Assembly: GCA_963781885.1 (NCBI GenBank)
Contig: CAWAHW010000002.1
Span: 128,001-192,000, forward strand
Direction of reading: 5' to 3'
Length of the DNA: 64,000 nt
Source of the DNA: an uncultured Spirochaetota bacterium
GTDB lineage: Bacteria > Spirochaetota > Spirochaetia > SZUA-6 > Fen-1364
Positions 47,852 to 58,869 of this stretch are shown here, in pieces. Under the pieces are notes generated by a model that was not told where the DNA came from, ran no database searches, and saw only the letters and a program-made list of their open reading frames with translations. The position numbers were made by a program, and so were the translations under genes. Numbering within the stretch: position 1 is the stretch's first letter; the number at the start of each line of letters is the position of its first letter.

Positions 47852-48889
47852 GTGAACAGCGCAAAGGAAGACACACTGCGCACGCAGCTGGAACGATCGA
47901 ACGCCGTGAGATCGAACATCAAGAAGCTCTATATCTACGTCGTGCTGGTCCTGATCGTGGCCATCTTCAGCGTGGTGAAGCTCGGCCAGGTGGAGTTCTT
48001 CGGCCGGGGGCATTTTCTCAGCCCGGACAGCATCATCAACCTCCTGCGCAGCGCCGTGCCCATATTGACACTGAGCGGCGCGTTCACGCTCCTGATGATC
48101 TCGGGCTATATCGACCTTTCCGTCGGCAGCGCAATGAGCCTCAGCGCCGTCGTGTTTTCCTGGCTGATCCTGAACGGCGCGAGCTTCCTGCCCGCGATGA
48201 TCATCACCCTGGTCATGGGCATCGGCCTGGGCTTCCTCAACGGCCTGCTGGTCATGAAGCTGCGCATCACGCCGGTGATCGCGACCCTTGTCACGCTGAA
48301 CCTGTTCAAGGGCATCGCGCTCCTGATCGTGCCGGACGGCATTTCAGCCATCAAGGGGAGCGCGACAAAGGCCATGCCCGCCTGGATCAACGACTACGCA
48401 CGCATGGATGTTTTGCTGGGCCTGCCCTGGGCATTCTACATCGCCATCGTCGTGATCGTCGCATTGGTCATCGTGCAGCGGAAGACCATCCTCGGCAAGT
48501 ACGCCGCCGCGATCGGCGGGAACCGCACGTCCGCGGAGCTGTCGGGCATCAACGCCGTCAGGATGGTATGGCTCCTGTACATCATCGTCGGCTTCTTCGC
48601 CGCCCTTGCCGGAATGGCGCGCGCCAGCTACATGTCCCTGGGCGACCCGCTGTCCGGTGACGGCATGGAGCTGGACTGCATCATCGCGGTGCTGCTGGGC
48701 GGCACGGCCTTTTCGGGGGGCGAGGGATCCGTCGCCAAGACAATCATTGGCGCGCTCATCATCATGTGCCTGACGACCGGCCTCATGACGGTCATCCCGG
48801 CCTTCTGGCAGACGATGGCAAAGGGCAGCGTGCTCATTGCCGCCGTCGTGCTCAACGCCCTCCTCGTGAGGGAGAAGGTCAAAGCCTGA
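47852..48889 (+). CDS. Sugar ABC permease
   Basis: 'GYIDLSVG', 'IIAVLLGGTAFSGG'. Confidence 0.9.
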   Translation: MNSAKEDTLRTQLERSNAVRSNIKKLYIYVVLVLIVAIFSVVKLGQVEFFGRGHFLSPDSIINLLRSAVPILTLSGAFTLLMISGYIDLSVGSAMSLSAVVFSWLILNGASFLPAMIITLVMGIGLGFLNGLLVMKLRITPVIATLVTLNLFKGIALLIVPDGISAIKGSATKAMPAWINDYARMDVLLGLPWAFYIAIVVIVALVIVQRKTILGKYAAAIGGNRTSAELSGINAVRMVWLLYIIVGFFAALAGMARASYMSLGDPLSGDGMELDCIIAVLLGGTAFSGGEGSVAKTIIGALIIMCLTTGLMTVIPAFWQTMAKGSVLIAAVVLNALLVREKVKA

Positions 48890-48938
48890 CGCGGGGCGGA
48901 TCCCTCATTGAATGGATGAGGCGGCGGGAAGAATGGGA

Positions 48939-50450
48939 ATGACGGCGGCAAGGTATCTCATGGGCATCGACAACGGCGGCACGGTGACAAAGGCCGGGAT
49001 CTACGACCCGACAGGGACCGAGATCGCCGTCTCCGCGGTGAAGACCGAGATGCGCTTTCCGATGCCCGGCCACGCTGAGAAGGACATGGACGCCTTGTGG
49101 GCGGCAAATGTGCGCGTGATCGGGGAGGCCATTCGCCGCGCGGGTATCGATGCGTCCCTGATCGCCGCCGTTGCCGTCACCGGACACGGCAATGGCATGT
49201 ACCTTGTCGCGGCCGATGGAAAACCGGCCTGGAACGGCATCAACTCCGCAGACAGCCGCGCCGCATCCTTCGTCGAGAAATGGTACGCGGACGGCACCTT
49301 TGAACGCATTCTTCCCCTGACGTGCCAGGCCATCTGGCCCGCACAACCCGCGGCGCTCCTTGCATGGTTCAAGGTGCATGAGCCGGAGGCGTATGCACGC
49401 GCGCGCTGGGTCTTCCAGTGCAAGGACTACATCCGCTATCGGCTCACGGGAGAGCCCTGCGCGGAGCTCACGGATTCGTCGGGCACCAGCCTCATGAATG
49501 TCCATACGCTCCGCTACGACCCGCGGGTGCTTGAGCTTTTCGGCATCTCCGATGCAATGGACAAGCTGCCTCCGGTGCGGCTGTCCTCCGACATCTGCGG
49601 CCGGGTGAGTCGCGACGCGGCGGTCGTCACCGGCCTTCGCGAAGGCACTCCCGTTGCCGGCGGGCTCTTCGACATCGACGCGTGCGCCCTGGCAACCGGA
49701 ATCACGGATTCAGAGAAGCTGTGCCTCATCGCCGGATCGTGGAGTATCAACGAATACATCAGCCCCATGCCAGTGGCATCGCCGGACCTTTTCATGACCT
49801 CCGCGTACTGCATCCCCGGTTACTGGCTGGAGAGCGAGGCGAGCGCCACCTCGGCGAGCAACCTCGAATGGTTCGTGACCGAGCTTATGGGCGGAGAGCG
49901 TGAGAAGGCCGAGGCGGCCGGGCGCTCCGTCTTCGCGCTGTGCAACGAAATGGTCGAATCGATCGCTCCGACCGTGGCCGACGTTCTCTTCCTGCCGTTC
50001 CTCTACGGAAGCAACGCGGGGGCGCATGCATCGGGCTGCTTCATCGGGCTCCACGGCTGGCACACCCGGGCGCACATGCTGCGCGCGGTCTACGAGGGGG
50101 TCGTCTTCTCGCACCGCACCCACGTCGAGCGCCTTCTGAAATTCCGTGATCGGCCGGGCGCGGCCCGGATCGCCGGCGGAGCCGCGAAGTCCGACGTCTG
50201 GGTGCAGATGTTCGCCGACGTGCTGCAGCTTCCCATCGAGATCACTGGCTCGGAAGAGCTGGGCGCCATGGGCGCGGCGATCTGCGCCGGGGTCGCCGTC
50301 GGCATGTTCGAAAGCTTCGGGGACGCCGTGGCGCGCATGGTGCACGTGGCGCGGACGGTGGAACCGGATCCCGGTCGCAAATCGGTCTATGACGGGAAAT
50401 ACGCCCGGTACCAGGGCTTTGTGCGAGCGCTGCGCGATGCCTGGAAATAA
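48939..50450 (+). CDS. FGGY kinase, L-xylulose/3-keto-L-gulonate kinase (LyxK)-like
   Basis: 'GIDNGGT', 'TGHGNG', 'KDYIRYRLTG', 'GGLFDID', 'SASNLEW', 'LFLPFLYGS'. Confidence 0.85.
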   Translation: MTAARYLMGIDNGGTVTKAGIYDPTGTEIAVSAVKTEMRFPMPGHAEKDMDALWAANVRVIGEAIRRAGIDASLIAAVAVTGHGNGMYLVAADGKPAWNGINSADSRAASFVEKWYADGTFERILPLTCQAIWPAQPAALLAWFKVHEPEAYARARWVFQCKDYIRYRLTGEPCAELTDSSGTSLMNVHTLRYDPRVLELFGISDAMDKLPPVRLSSDICGRVSRDAAVVTGLREGTPVAGGLFDIDACALATGITDSEKLCLIAGSWSINEYISPMPVASPDLFMTSAYCIPGYWLESEASATSASNLEWFVTELMGGEREKAEAAGRSVFALCNEMVESIAPTVADVLFLPFLYGSNAGAHASGCFIGLHGWHTRAHMLRAVYEGVVFSHRTHVERLLKFRDRPGAARIAGGAAKSDVWVQMFADVLQLPIEITGSEELGAMGAAICAGVAVGMFESFGDAVARMVHVARTVEPDPGRKSVYDGKYARYQGFVRALRDAWK

Positions 50451-51999
50451 GAGGACGTGCCTCGCGGGTATCGACCTCGGATCGACGAGTCTCAAATGCG
50501 TGATCTACGACCTCGCGGGCAATGTGGTGGCACGCGGGAGCCGTCCCACGGAGCGCCTGCATCCCGACGCCGCGCATCCTGACTGGACCGTGTGGGACCC
50601 TGCGCAGATATGGGGTGGCGCGGCCGCAGCCGCGCGGGAGGCGACAGGGTGTCTCGGCGACGCCGGGAGCATCGCCGCCGTGGCCGTCACGGGCATGGGC
50701 ATGGACGGTCTGCCGGTGGATGAGGACGGTGCGTGGCTCTATCCGTTCATCAGCTGGCTGTGCCCTCGGACGGAACCGCAGCACCAATGGTGGCGCGACA
50801 ACATCGGGGCGGAGCGGACCTTCGCCATCGGCGGAAACACGCTGTGGCGTTTCGGCACCGCCCTGCGCCTGCTCTGGATGGCCGCGCACGAACCGGCAAT
50901 CCTCGCCCGCACACACAAGTGGCTCCTGATCGAGGATTTCCTGAACTTCATGCTCTGCGGCAGCATGGCCACCGACTACAGCATGGCCTCGTGCACGATG
51001 CTCTTCGACCAGCGCGCGCGCGCGTGGTCGCCGGAGCTCCTCTCCCTGTCTTCGATCGACAGCGGCCTGCTTTGCGATCCCCGCCCCAGCGGCACGGTAC
51101 TGGGCGAGGTCACCGGGAGCGCCGCTTCCGCAACCGGCATCCCCGCCGGCACGCCGGTCGTGCTGGGGGGGCATGACTACCTCTGTGGCGCGCTGCCCGT
51201 CGGCGCCGTCGCCCCCGGCATGGCGCTCGACGTGACGGGGACCTGGGAGGTCGTTCACACCGCCATCCCCGCGCCTGTGCTGACGCCCGCGCTCCAGGCC
51301 GTGGGTGCGACGGTTGAATGCCACGTTGCACGCGACATGTATTCCGCCATGGGGGCCGCCGTATCGTCTGAAATGCTGGAATGGTACCGCCGGGAGTACG
51401 GGTCCGAGGCGAGTGCCCGATCCCGTGAGCGCGGCTGCGCCGACTGGGAGACGCTGATGGAGGAGGCCGCAGGATCGCCACCCGGCAGCAGGGGAGCGCT
51501 CTTCCTTCCCCACATGAGCGGCGCCGGGTGTCCGATCGTCGACACTCACTCGCGCGGCGGCTTCGTGGGTCTGAGCGACCGCACGACCCGGGGCGACATG
51601 CTGCGCGCGCTTATCGAGGGACTGGACTACCAGCTCCTGGACATCATCATCGCCCTGCAGGCGAACCTCGGGGTGGGCGTCTCCCGTCTCGTGGTCGTCG
51701 GCGGGGCGGCGCGCAATGCCTTCTGGATGCAGAACAAGGCCGACGTCATCGGACGGGTCATCGAGGTGTCGGAGATAGAGGACGCGAGCCCTCTGGGCGC
51801 CGCGATGCTCGCCGGCATCGGCGTGGGAATCTACCGGGATGAGAGAGATGCCTTCCAGCAGGTCCGCAAACCGATGAAAACCTTTGAGCCGGATACGGGC
51901 GCCGCGGCGCGCTACGCCGAGTGGTTCCCGCTCTACAAGGCCGTCTACCCGGCCCTCCGGCAGATCAACCACGCCGTCTCCGAAAGGGAGCCGGCATAA
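50437..51999 (+). CDS. FGGY family carbohydrate kinase
   Basis: 'GIDLGSTSLK', 'TDYSMASCT', 'GGHD', 'GGAARN..W.Q.KAD'. Confidence 0.88.
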   Translation: MPGNKRTCLAGIDLGSTSLKCVIYDLAGNVVARGSRPTERLHPDAAHPDWTVWDPAQIWGGAAAAAREATGCLGDAGSIAAVAVTGMGMDGLPVDEDGAWLYPFISWLCPRTEPQHQWWRDNIGAERTFAIGGNTLWRFGTALRLLWMAAHEPAILARTHKWLLIEDFLNFMLCGSMATDYSMASCTMLFDQRARAWSPELLSLSSIDSGLLCDPRPSGTVLGEVTGSAASATGIPAGTPVVLGGHDYLCGALPVGAVAPGMALDVTGTWEVVHTAIPAPVLTPALQAVGATVECHVARDMYSAMGAAVSSEMLEWYRREYGSEASARSRERGCADWETLMEEAAGSPPGSRGALFLPHMSGAGCPIVDTHSRGGFVGLSDRTTRGDMLRALIEGLDYQLLDIIIALQANLGVGVSRLVVVGGAARNAFWMQNKADVIGRVIEVSEIEDASPLGAAMLAGIGVGIYRDERDAFQQVRKPMKTFEPDTGAAARYAEWFPLYKAVYPALRQINHAVSEREPA

Positions 52000-52021
52000 A
52001 CAACACAGCAAGGAGAGTCCC

Positions 52022-52663
52022 GTGTACGAAGGAGAGAGACAACAGATCATTGACGTCGGCATCGCGCTCGACCGCTATCGTCTCATCAGCCTCTCGGGAG
52101 GAAATGTGAGCATGAGGATCGGGCGGCACATCCTCGTCACGCCGTCAGGCATGTCCTACGAGACGCTGGTGCCGGCCGACGTCGTGGTGATGGACGCGAC
52201 GGGCACGGTGATCGAAGGGGAGCGGCGTCCGTCGGTGGACACCGTTGCACTGCTGCACATCTTCAACCACATGCCGGGAGTGAATGCGGTCATCCACACG
52301 CACCAGCCCTACGCCACCGCCATCGGGCTGGTCATGGACGAGCTTCCCGCTTTCTGCACGACGCTCGTGAATGCCACGCTCGGCGCCGTGACCGTGGCTC
52401 CGTACAGCTCCGCCGCGAGCCTGGACATGGGGGTGCGCACCGTGGAATACATCGGCGACAAACGCGCCGTCATCCTTCGCAACCACGGTGTGGTCACCCT
52501 CGGTCCGTCCCTCAAGGATGCTCTCTATGCCGCCGTATACCTGGAAGACGCATCGCGCTCCTACTGCGCCGCGTGCACCATGGGGAAGCCGCGGTCCTTG
52601 ACGCCCGCCCAGGTCGACGAGGCCGTGGAATCATTCCGACACTACGGCCAGGGAAAGAAGTAG
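52022..52663 (+). CDS. Class II aldolase family, L-ribulose-5-phosphate 4-epimerase-like
   Basis: 'GNVS', 'TPSG', 'PSVDT' (Asp as in AraD rather than FucA Glu), 'HTH', 'NHG'. Confidence 0.8.
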   Translation: MYEGERQQIIDVGIALDRYRLISLSGGNVSMRIGRHILVTPSGMSYETLVPADVVVMDATGTVIEGERRPSVDTVALLHIFNHMPGVNAVIHTHQPYATAIGLVMDELPAFCTTLVNATLGAVTVAPYSSAASLDMGVRTVEYIGDKRAVILRNHGVVTLGPSLKDALYAAVYLEDASRSYCAACTMGKPRSLTPAQVDEAVESFRHYGQGKK

Positions 52664-52672
52664 GCGGACGGC

Positions 52673-53551
52673 ATGGCCGGATCCGGCGCGCCGGGCGCCT
52701 TCACCGACGCGAGCTTCCGCTGGGGCATCTACGAAAAGGCGCTGCCCGCGGGCGTGTCGTGGCCTGCCATGCTTTCCGCGGCGGCGGCGGCGGGCTACCG
52801 GTTCGTCGAGATCTCCGTCGATGAAAGCGACGAGCGGCTCGCACGGCTGGAATGGACTCCCGGCCAGCGACGCGACTTCCACAAGGCCCTTGCCGGCGGC
52901 CCCGTTTCTGTGGACACGATGTGCCTGAGCGGGCATCGCAGGTTCGCCCTGGGAAGCGCATCAAAACCTCAGCGAGAGAGGGCGCTTGAGATCATGCGGC
53001 GCGCAATCGATTTTGCCGCGGAGTTCGGCGTCCGCATCATCCAGGTGGCGGGCTACGACGTGCATTACGAACAGTCCACCGATGAGACCCGGGCCCTCTA
53101 TGCCGATGCGATTGCGCGCGCCGCCGAATGGGCGCGTCGATCCTGCGTCATGCTCGCGCTGGAAAACGTGGATTGCCCGGTCGTGGATTCGATCGAGGCG
53201 GCCCTTCGGTTCGTGCAGGCCGCCGATACCCCCTGGTTTCAGGTCTACCCCGACATCGGAAACCTCGCGGCGATGGGCAAGGACGTGGGGCGCGAGCTTC
53301 TCCTGGGTAGCCGCCACCTCGTCGGGCTCCATCTGAAGGACACGCGCCGCGGCGAGTTCCGGAGGGTGCCCTTCGGCGAAGGGATCGTGGACTTCGACGC
53401 GGCATTCAGGACCTTGAAGCTGATCGGTTTTCGCGGGCCCTTGATGGTGGAGATGTGGAACGAAGCGGCGGTCGATCCGGTTGCGGTCGCCGCCCAGGCG
53501 CGGCAGTGGTTGGGGGAGAAGCTGCGAAAGGCTTTCGCGAGAGAGGATTGA
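52673..53551 (+). CDS. ulaE: L-xylulose-5-phosphate (L-ribulose-5-phosphate) 3-epimerase
   Basis: 'GIYEKALP', 'EISVDESDERLARL', 'MCLSGHRRF', 'AGYDV', 'YPDIGNL', 'HLKDT', 'EMW'. Confidence 0.9.
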   Translation: MAGSGAPGAFTDASFRWGIYEKALPAGVSWPAMLSAAAAAGYRFVEISVDESDERLARLEWTPGQRRDFHKALAGGPVSVDTMCLSGHRRFALGSASKPQRERALEIMRRAIDFAAEFGVRIIQVAGYDVHYEQSTDETRALYADAIARAAEWARRSCVMLALENVDCPVVDSIEAALRFVQAADTPWFQVYPDIGNLAAMGKDVGRELLLGSRHLVGLHLKDTRRGEFRRVPFGEGIVDFDAAFRTLKLIGFRGPLMVEMWNEAAVDPVAVAAQARQWLGEKLRKAFARED

Positions 53552-53560
53552 CGCGGCCGT

Positions 53561-56500
53561 TCAGCTCCGCGTTGCCGGCGCCTCTCTTGCGGAAGCGATC
53601 AGGAGCTTCAGCCTGTTGAGCTGATTGACTTCACTGGCGCCGGGGTCATAGTCGATGGCGGCGATGGAGGCCTCGGGATGTCTCCTGCGCAGCTCCCGGA
53701 TCATGCCCTTGCCCGGTGACGTGATTGGGAAGGCACGCGAAGGGCTGGATGCAGGCAATCGCGTTCACCCCGTCGTGAATGAGCTCCACCATCTCGGCCG
53801 TCAGGAACCATCCCTCACCGGTCACGTTTCCTAGCTGCACGACATCGTCCACGCCCCGCGCGAGCTCGTAGATCGAAACGGGCGGATGGAAACGGTGCGA
53901 CCGGGCAAGTGAGCGCCTCTGCTGGCCGCGGAAAAGCTCGAGGCCCCAGATCCCCAGGCGTGACATAATCGCCGCGCGCGCGCTGCCGGCGAGCTTCCGG
54001 CGTCGGAACTGTGCGCCCATCGCCCCGTAGAGCAGGAAGTCCGCGAGGTCCGGCACCACCGCCTCAGCTCCCTCCGATTCGATGGCCTCCACGATGCGAT
54101 TGTTCGCCGTCGGGTGGAACTTCACGAGGATTTCGCCGACGACCCCGACACGGGTCCGGCGCGCGCCATGGATCGGCAGGCCGTCGAAATCGCGCACCAT
54201 GGCGCGTATCGTGCGGCGGTAGGCCCGAAAGCCGTGCCGCTCCAGGGATGACGCGCAGCGCGCGGTCCAGAAATCGGCCAGACGCTGCGCGGAGCCCGTC
54301 TCCACCTCATACGGCCGCACCCGGTAGAGCATGCGCATGAGCAGGTCGCCATACATGAGGGCCATGAGACCCCGGGTGACGAGCCTCCAGGAAAGCCGGA
54401 AGCCCGGGTTCTTCTCCAGTCCGAGCGCGTTCAGCGAAATGACCGGTACGTGCGCCATGCCCGCGTCGGCGAGCGCCTTGCGGATGAAGGCGATGTAATT
54501 CGTCGCCCGACAGCCGCCGCCGGTCTGTGACATGAGGAGCGCCGTGCGCGACAGGTCATAGCGGCCCGAGCGCAGGGCCGCCATCATCTGCCCCACGACG
54601 AGGATGGACGGGAAACAGGCGTCGTTGTTGACGGAGGAGAGCCCTTCATTCACCGCGCCGCGGTCCACTTCCGGCAGGATTTCCAGGCGGTAGCCGGAGA
54701 TCCTGAACGCGTGCTCGATGATGCGGAAATGAAGGGGCGACATCTGCGGCGCGAGGATCGTGTAATCCTGCCGCATCGCCTTTGTGAACACGGGTCGGGG
54801 CCGGGAGCCGCGGCGGCGCGCGGCCGCGCTCCTGTCCTTTCCCGGGCGTCCAGCGCAGCCTTCAGGGAGCGCAGGCGGATGCGCACGGCGCCGAGATTCG
54901 ACTGCTCGTCGATCTTGATGACCGTGTGTATCCTGCCGCGCTGGTCGAGTATCTCCATCACCTGGTCGGTGGTGACCGCATCCAGGCCGCACCCGAATGA
55001 ATTGAGCTGCACGAGCGCCAAGTCATCCTGCTCCGCCACGAAGCTTGCCGCGGCGTACAGCCGGGTATGGTAGACCCACTGGTCCACGACGCGCAGCGGC
55101 CGCCGCACCGTGCCGAGGTGAGCGACGGAATCCTCCGTGAGAACGGGCATGCCCAGGGAGAGGGCGAGCTCCGCGATGCCGTGATTCACCTCGGGGTCCA
55201 GGTGGTAGGGGCGACCCGCGAGCACCAGCCCGCGCAGGCCGCGTCGGCGTATCTCGGCAAGCGCCCGTTCTCCCTGCGCGCGGACCTCCGCCTTGAACCG
55301 GGCCTGCTCGGCCTTGCCGGCCGCCACCGCGCGGGCCGCCTCCTCCCGCGTCACGCCGGCCCATGCGAGCTCTTCCTGCAGCCTCACGGCGAGCCGCTTC
55401 GCGTCGTGCAAGGGCAGGAAGGGATTTGCGTAGCGCGGCCCGGCGTGCTCGGATCCTGGTGCGCCCGGCCGCGGCCGGATACCGTCGATGTTGTTCAGCA
55501 CCACCTCGGGGTAGGAGGCGACGATGGGGCAGTTGAAGTGATTGCGCGCCCCCGGATCCTCCTTCGGGTTGTGGGGGATGCAAGGGTAGAAGATGAAGGG
55601 CACACCCTGCTGCAGAAGCCGCGCGATGTGCCCGTGCACGAGCTTGCCGGGGTAACAGACGGACTCTGACGGTATCGTTTCGATGCCCGCCTCGAAGACG
55701 GCGCGGTTGGAGCGCGGCGACAGGTGCACCGAGAAACCCAGCGCGGTGAGGGCGGTGAACCAGAAGGGGTAGTCTTCATACAGGTTCAGCACGCGCGGGA
55801 TGCCGACGACGCCGCGCGGCGCCGCGGCCGGATCCAGCGGCGCGTAGTGGAAGAGCCTCTCGTACTTCCAGGCATAGAGGTTGGGAAGGGGCGCGGCCGA
55901 TGCCGCCGCGGCGGCGTTGGTCGCCGTATGCCCCGGGGCGCGCGCGGCGCCGCGCTCGCATCGGTTGCCGGAGATGAACGTGCCCTGTCCTCCGCTGCCG
56001 TCGGGGAAGCTCGTGATGGTGAGCAGGCAGTTGTTCGCGCAGCGCCCGCAGCGCGACAGGGTCGTGCGCGTCGTGAAGGACGCCAGGCGATCCAGGTCCA
56101 GGAGGCTGCTGCGCTGCCCGTCGCGTGCGCCGTCCCGCGCGACAAGGGCGGCACCGAGTGCGCCCATGAGACCGGGTATGTCCGGTCGGACCGCCTCCCG
56201 GCCCGCGATCAGCTCGAAGGCGCGCAGCACGGCGTCGTTGGAGAATGTCCCGCCCTGCACGACCACACGGGCGCCCAGCTCCGAAGGGTTTCGCAGCCTG
56301 ATCACTTTCTGCAGCGCGTTGCGGATCACCGCGTAGGAAAGACCGGCGGAGATGTCCCCCATGGAGGCGCCCTCTTTCTGCGCCTGCTTCACGCGGGAGT
56401 TCATGAAGACGGTGCACCGCGAGCCGAGGTCCACCGGCGTGCGCGCCTGCAACGCCTCCCGCGCAAAGGCCTCGATGGACAGCCCCAGCCCGTGGGCGAA

Positions 56501-57881
56501 TGTCTCCAGGAAGGATCCGCACCCCGACGAGCATGCCTCGTTCAGCAGCACGGACGAGATCGCCCCGTCGCGCACGCGCAGGAACTTCATGTCCTGGCCG
56601 CCGATGTCGAGGATGGCGTCCACGCCGGGCAAGGAAGCGCGCCGCGGCGGTGTAGTGCGCGATGGTTTCCACTTCGCCCGTGTCCATGCCGAGCGCCGCG
56701 GTGATCAGCGCCTCGCCGTACCCGGTGGCGCAGGACCGCGCGATCCACGCCGCTGCCGGCAAAGCCCGGCGCAGCTCCGTCGCCATGCGCACGGCGAGCG
56801 CGAGCGGGCTTCCGCCATTGGCCGCGTACGACGACCAGGCAAGCGCCCCGGTCGAATCGACGAGCACCGCCTTGGTCGTGGTGGATCCGGCATCGATGCC
56901 GAGGAAGCAGGGACCCGTCACGGCGGCAAGGTCAACCCGGCGCGTGCGCGCCAGGCCGTGCCGCGCGCGGAAGGCGGACAGCGCCGCTTCATCGGCGAAC
57001 AGGGGCCGCAGGCGCTCCACCTCGGGGGAGGATTCGTGGCAGAGCCCGCGCGCGCGTTCGCGCAGCTCGCCCAATGTCACCGTGGCGCCGACGGGAGCCG
57101 CCATGGCAGCACCCATGGCGACGAAGAGATGCGCGTGCGCGGGCACCCGCACCTTTTCCGGGGCAAGCCGGAGCGTCTCGATGAACAGCCGCCGGGTCTC
57201 GGGCAGGAAGTGCAGCGGTCCGCCGAGGAAGGCCACCGTGCCGCGGATGGGCTTGCCGCAGGCCAGCCCCCCGATGGTCTGGTTCACCACCGCCTGGAGG
57301 ATGCTCGCGGCGATGTCCTCCCGGCGCGCCCCTTCGTTGATGAGCGGCTGCACGTCGGTCTTTGCGAATACCCCGCAGCGCGCGGCGATGGGGTAGATGG
57401 TCGTGTGCCCGGCCGCAAGCTCGTTGAGACCCGCCGCATCCGTGGAGAGGAGCGACGCCATCTGGTCGATGAACGCGCCCGTGCCGCCGGCGCAGGTCCC
57501 GTTCATGCGCTGCTCGAGGCCGCCCGTGAAGTAGGTGATCTTCGCGTCCTCGCCGCCCAGCTCGATGGCGACGTCCGTGTCCGGGAGGGTCTTCTGCACG
57601 GCGCGCGCGCCGGCGATCACCTCCTGCACGAAAGGGATCCCCAGCCACCGCGAGACGGTGAGCCCTCCTGAGCCCGTCATCGCAACGCTGAGGAGCTGCC
57701 CCCCGCCCGCGGATTCAAGTGAGTCGCAGGCCGCCTCGATCACGGCGACGAGCGTGCCGCGGACGTCGGCCTTGTGGCGCTGGTAGGTGTGGTAGAGGAG
57801 GGCGTCATCCGCGCCGAGCGCGACGAGCTTCACGGTTGTGGATCCGACGTCGATGCCGACCCGGAGGGCGGGGGGTCTCAC
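53561..57881 (-). CDS. Multidomain 2-hydroxyacyl-CoA dehydratase activator protein (2x BadF/BcrA ATPase + DUF2229-like + C-terminal domain), three frameshifts (~56632, ~54790, ~53715)
   Basis: '[10 protein letters not shown]', '[10 protein letters not shown]', '[10 protein letters not shown]', 'DIGGQDMK', '[10 protein letters not shown]', 'SESVCYP', 'NSFGCG', 'GGCRATNY', 'QPFACLPNH', 'NQLNRLKL' appear in order across four frames. Confidence 0.85.
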
Positions 57882-58471
57882 GAGGCCTCGGGCTCCTTCA
57901 CCCAGTAATCGCGGCCTCCGCCCTCCCGATCCATGAACCCGTACTCCACGAGGCTGCGGCGCAGGCGCGCCGTGTCGTCGTTGTAGCGCAGGAGGATCTG
58001 GTTCACCTTCTTTTCGCTGTAGCGCACGCCGGGCTGGAACTCGCGCAGCACGTGCCGCAGGAGAACGAGGTATTTCTTCTCCTGGGTGGGAAAGGCGGTG
58101 AACCTGCCGTCGGGACCGGTGAAACTGGCGAGCACCTTCTTGTCGAAGGATCCAAGGTCGATGCCTTTCGCGAGCTCGGGCAGGCGCTCCGTGCGCAGGA
58201 GCCGACGCGCCATGCCGGAAAGCGCCTCGAGCTTCAGCGAGTAGATGCTGTAGTGCCCCTCGGCGCGCGCGCTCACGAGCTCCGCCTCCGCAAGACGGGA
58301 GAGATGATGGGACACCGTGGATTCCCCCAGGCCCAGGAGCGCAGAGAGCTGCTCAACCGTGTAGGCGCGTTGGGAGAGGAGCCCCACGATCTTCAGCCTG
58401 TTCGCGTCCGCGAGGGCGCGAAAGAATCCGAGAAGCTCGGCATTCGGTATTTCGTTCGTTTCTATGGGCAT
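57878..58471 (-). CDS. ArsR-type HTH + DUF2087 protein
   Basis: 'FRALADANRLKI', 'STVSHHLSRL'; C-terminal 'YSEKKVN...DDTARLRRSLVEYGFMDR'. Confidence 0.85.
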   Translation of the reverse strand: MPIETNEIPNAELLGFFRALADANRLKIVGLLSQRAYTVEQLSALLGLGESTVSHHLSRLAEAELVSARAEGHYSIYSLKLEALSGMARRLLRTERLPELAKGIDLGSFDKKVLASFTGPDGRFTAFPTQEKKYLVLLRHVLREFQPGVRYSEKKVNQILLRYNDDTARLRRSLVEYGFMDREGGGRDYWVKEPEAS

Positions 58472-58502
58472 GAAATCAATTTGACATACATCGAATCGAC
58501 TG

Positions 58503-58769
58503 TCAAGCGCGAAGCGCCGCCTGCATATGACCCGAAAAAGAGACGGCCGCGATCTGCGACGCCTGCCTGCCGCTCGTGGCAAGAAGCTCCCGCGTCGATG
58601 CGCAGAACGCGTCCCAGTAGTCGCGTGCATCCTGCTCGGCCCAGCCGGGGTGCGGATACTGGGTGGGATAGGATGCGGAGGCCGAGCCGATCAGCCTGCC
58701 CCGGGCGTCGAAGAGTGTCGCCTTGTCGCCCGTGGTGCCCAGGTCGTGGGCGAGTATCAGGTCCGCCAT
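58503..58769 (-). pseudogene. Truncated xylulokinase-like FGGY kinase (N-terminal ~85 aa only)
   Basis: 'LAHDLGTTGDKA', 'PHPGWAEQD', 'VSFSGHMQ', then a stop; the downstream DNA is the arsR promoter and gene. Confidence 0.8.
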
Positions 58770-58869
58770 TTGCGCAGTATAGCACCCGGGCGCGCCGCGC
58801 GCGCGTCCGACCGAGCGGGACGAACGCTGCGCTTGCCGACCGGGCTGCGATCGGGGCATACTCACGGGC

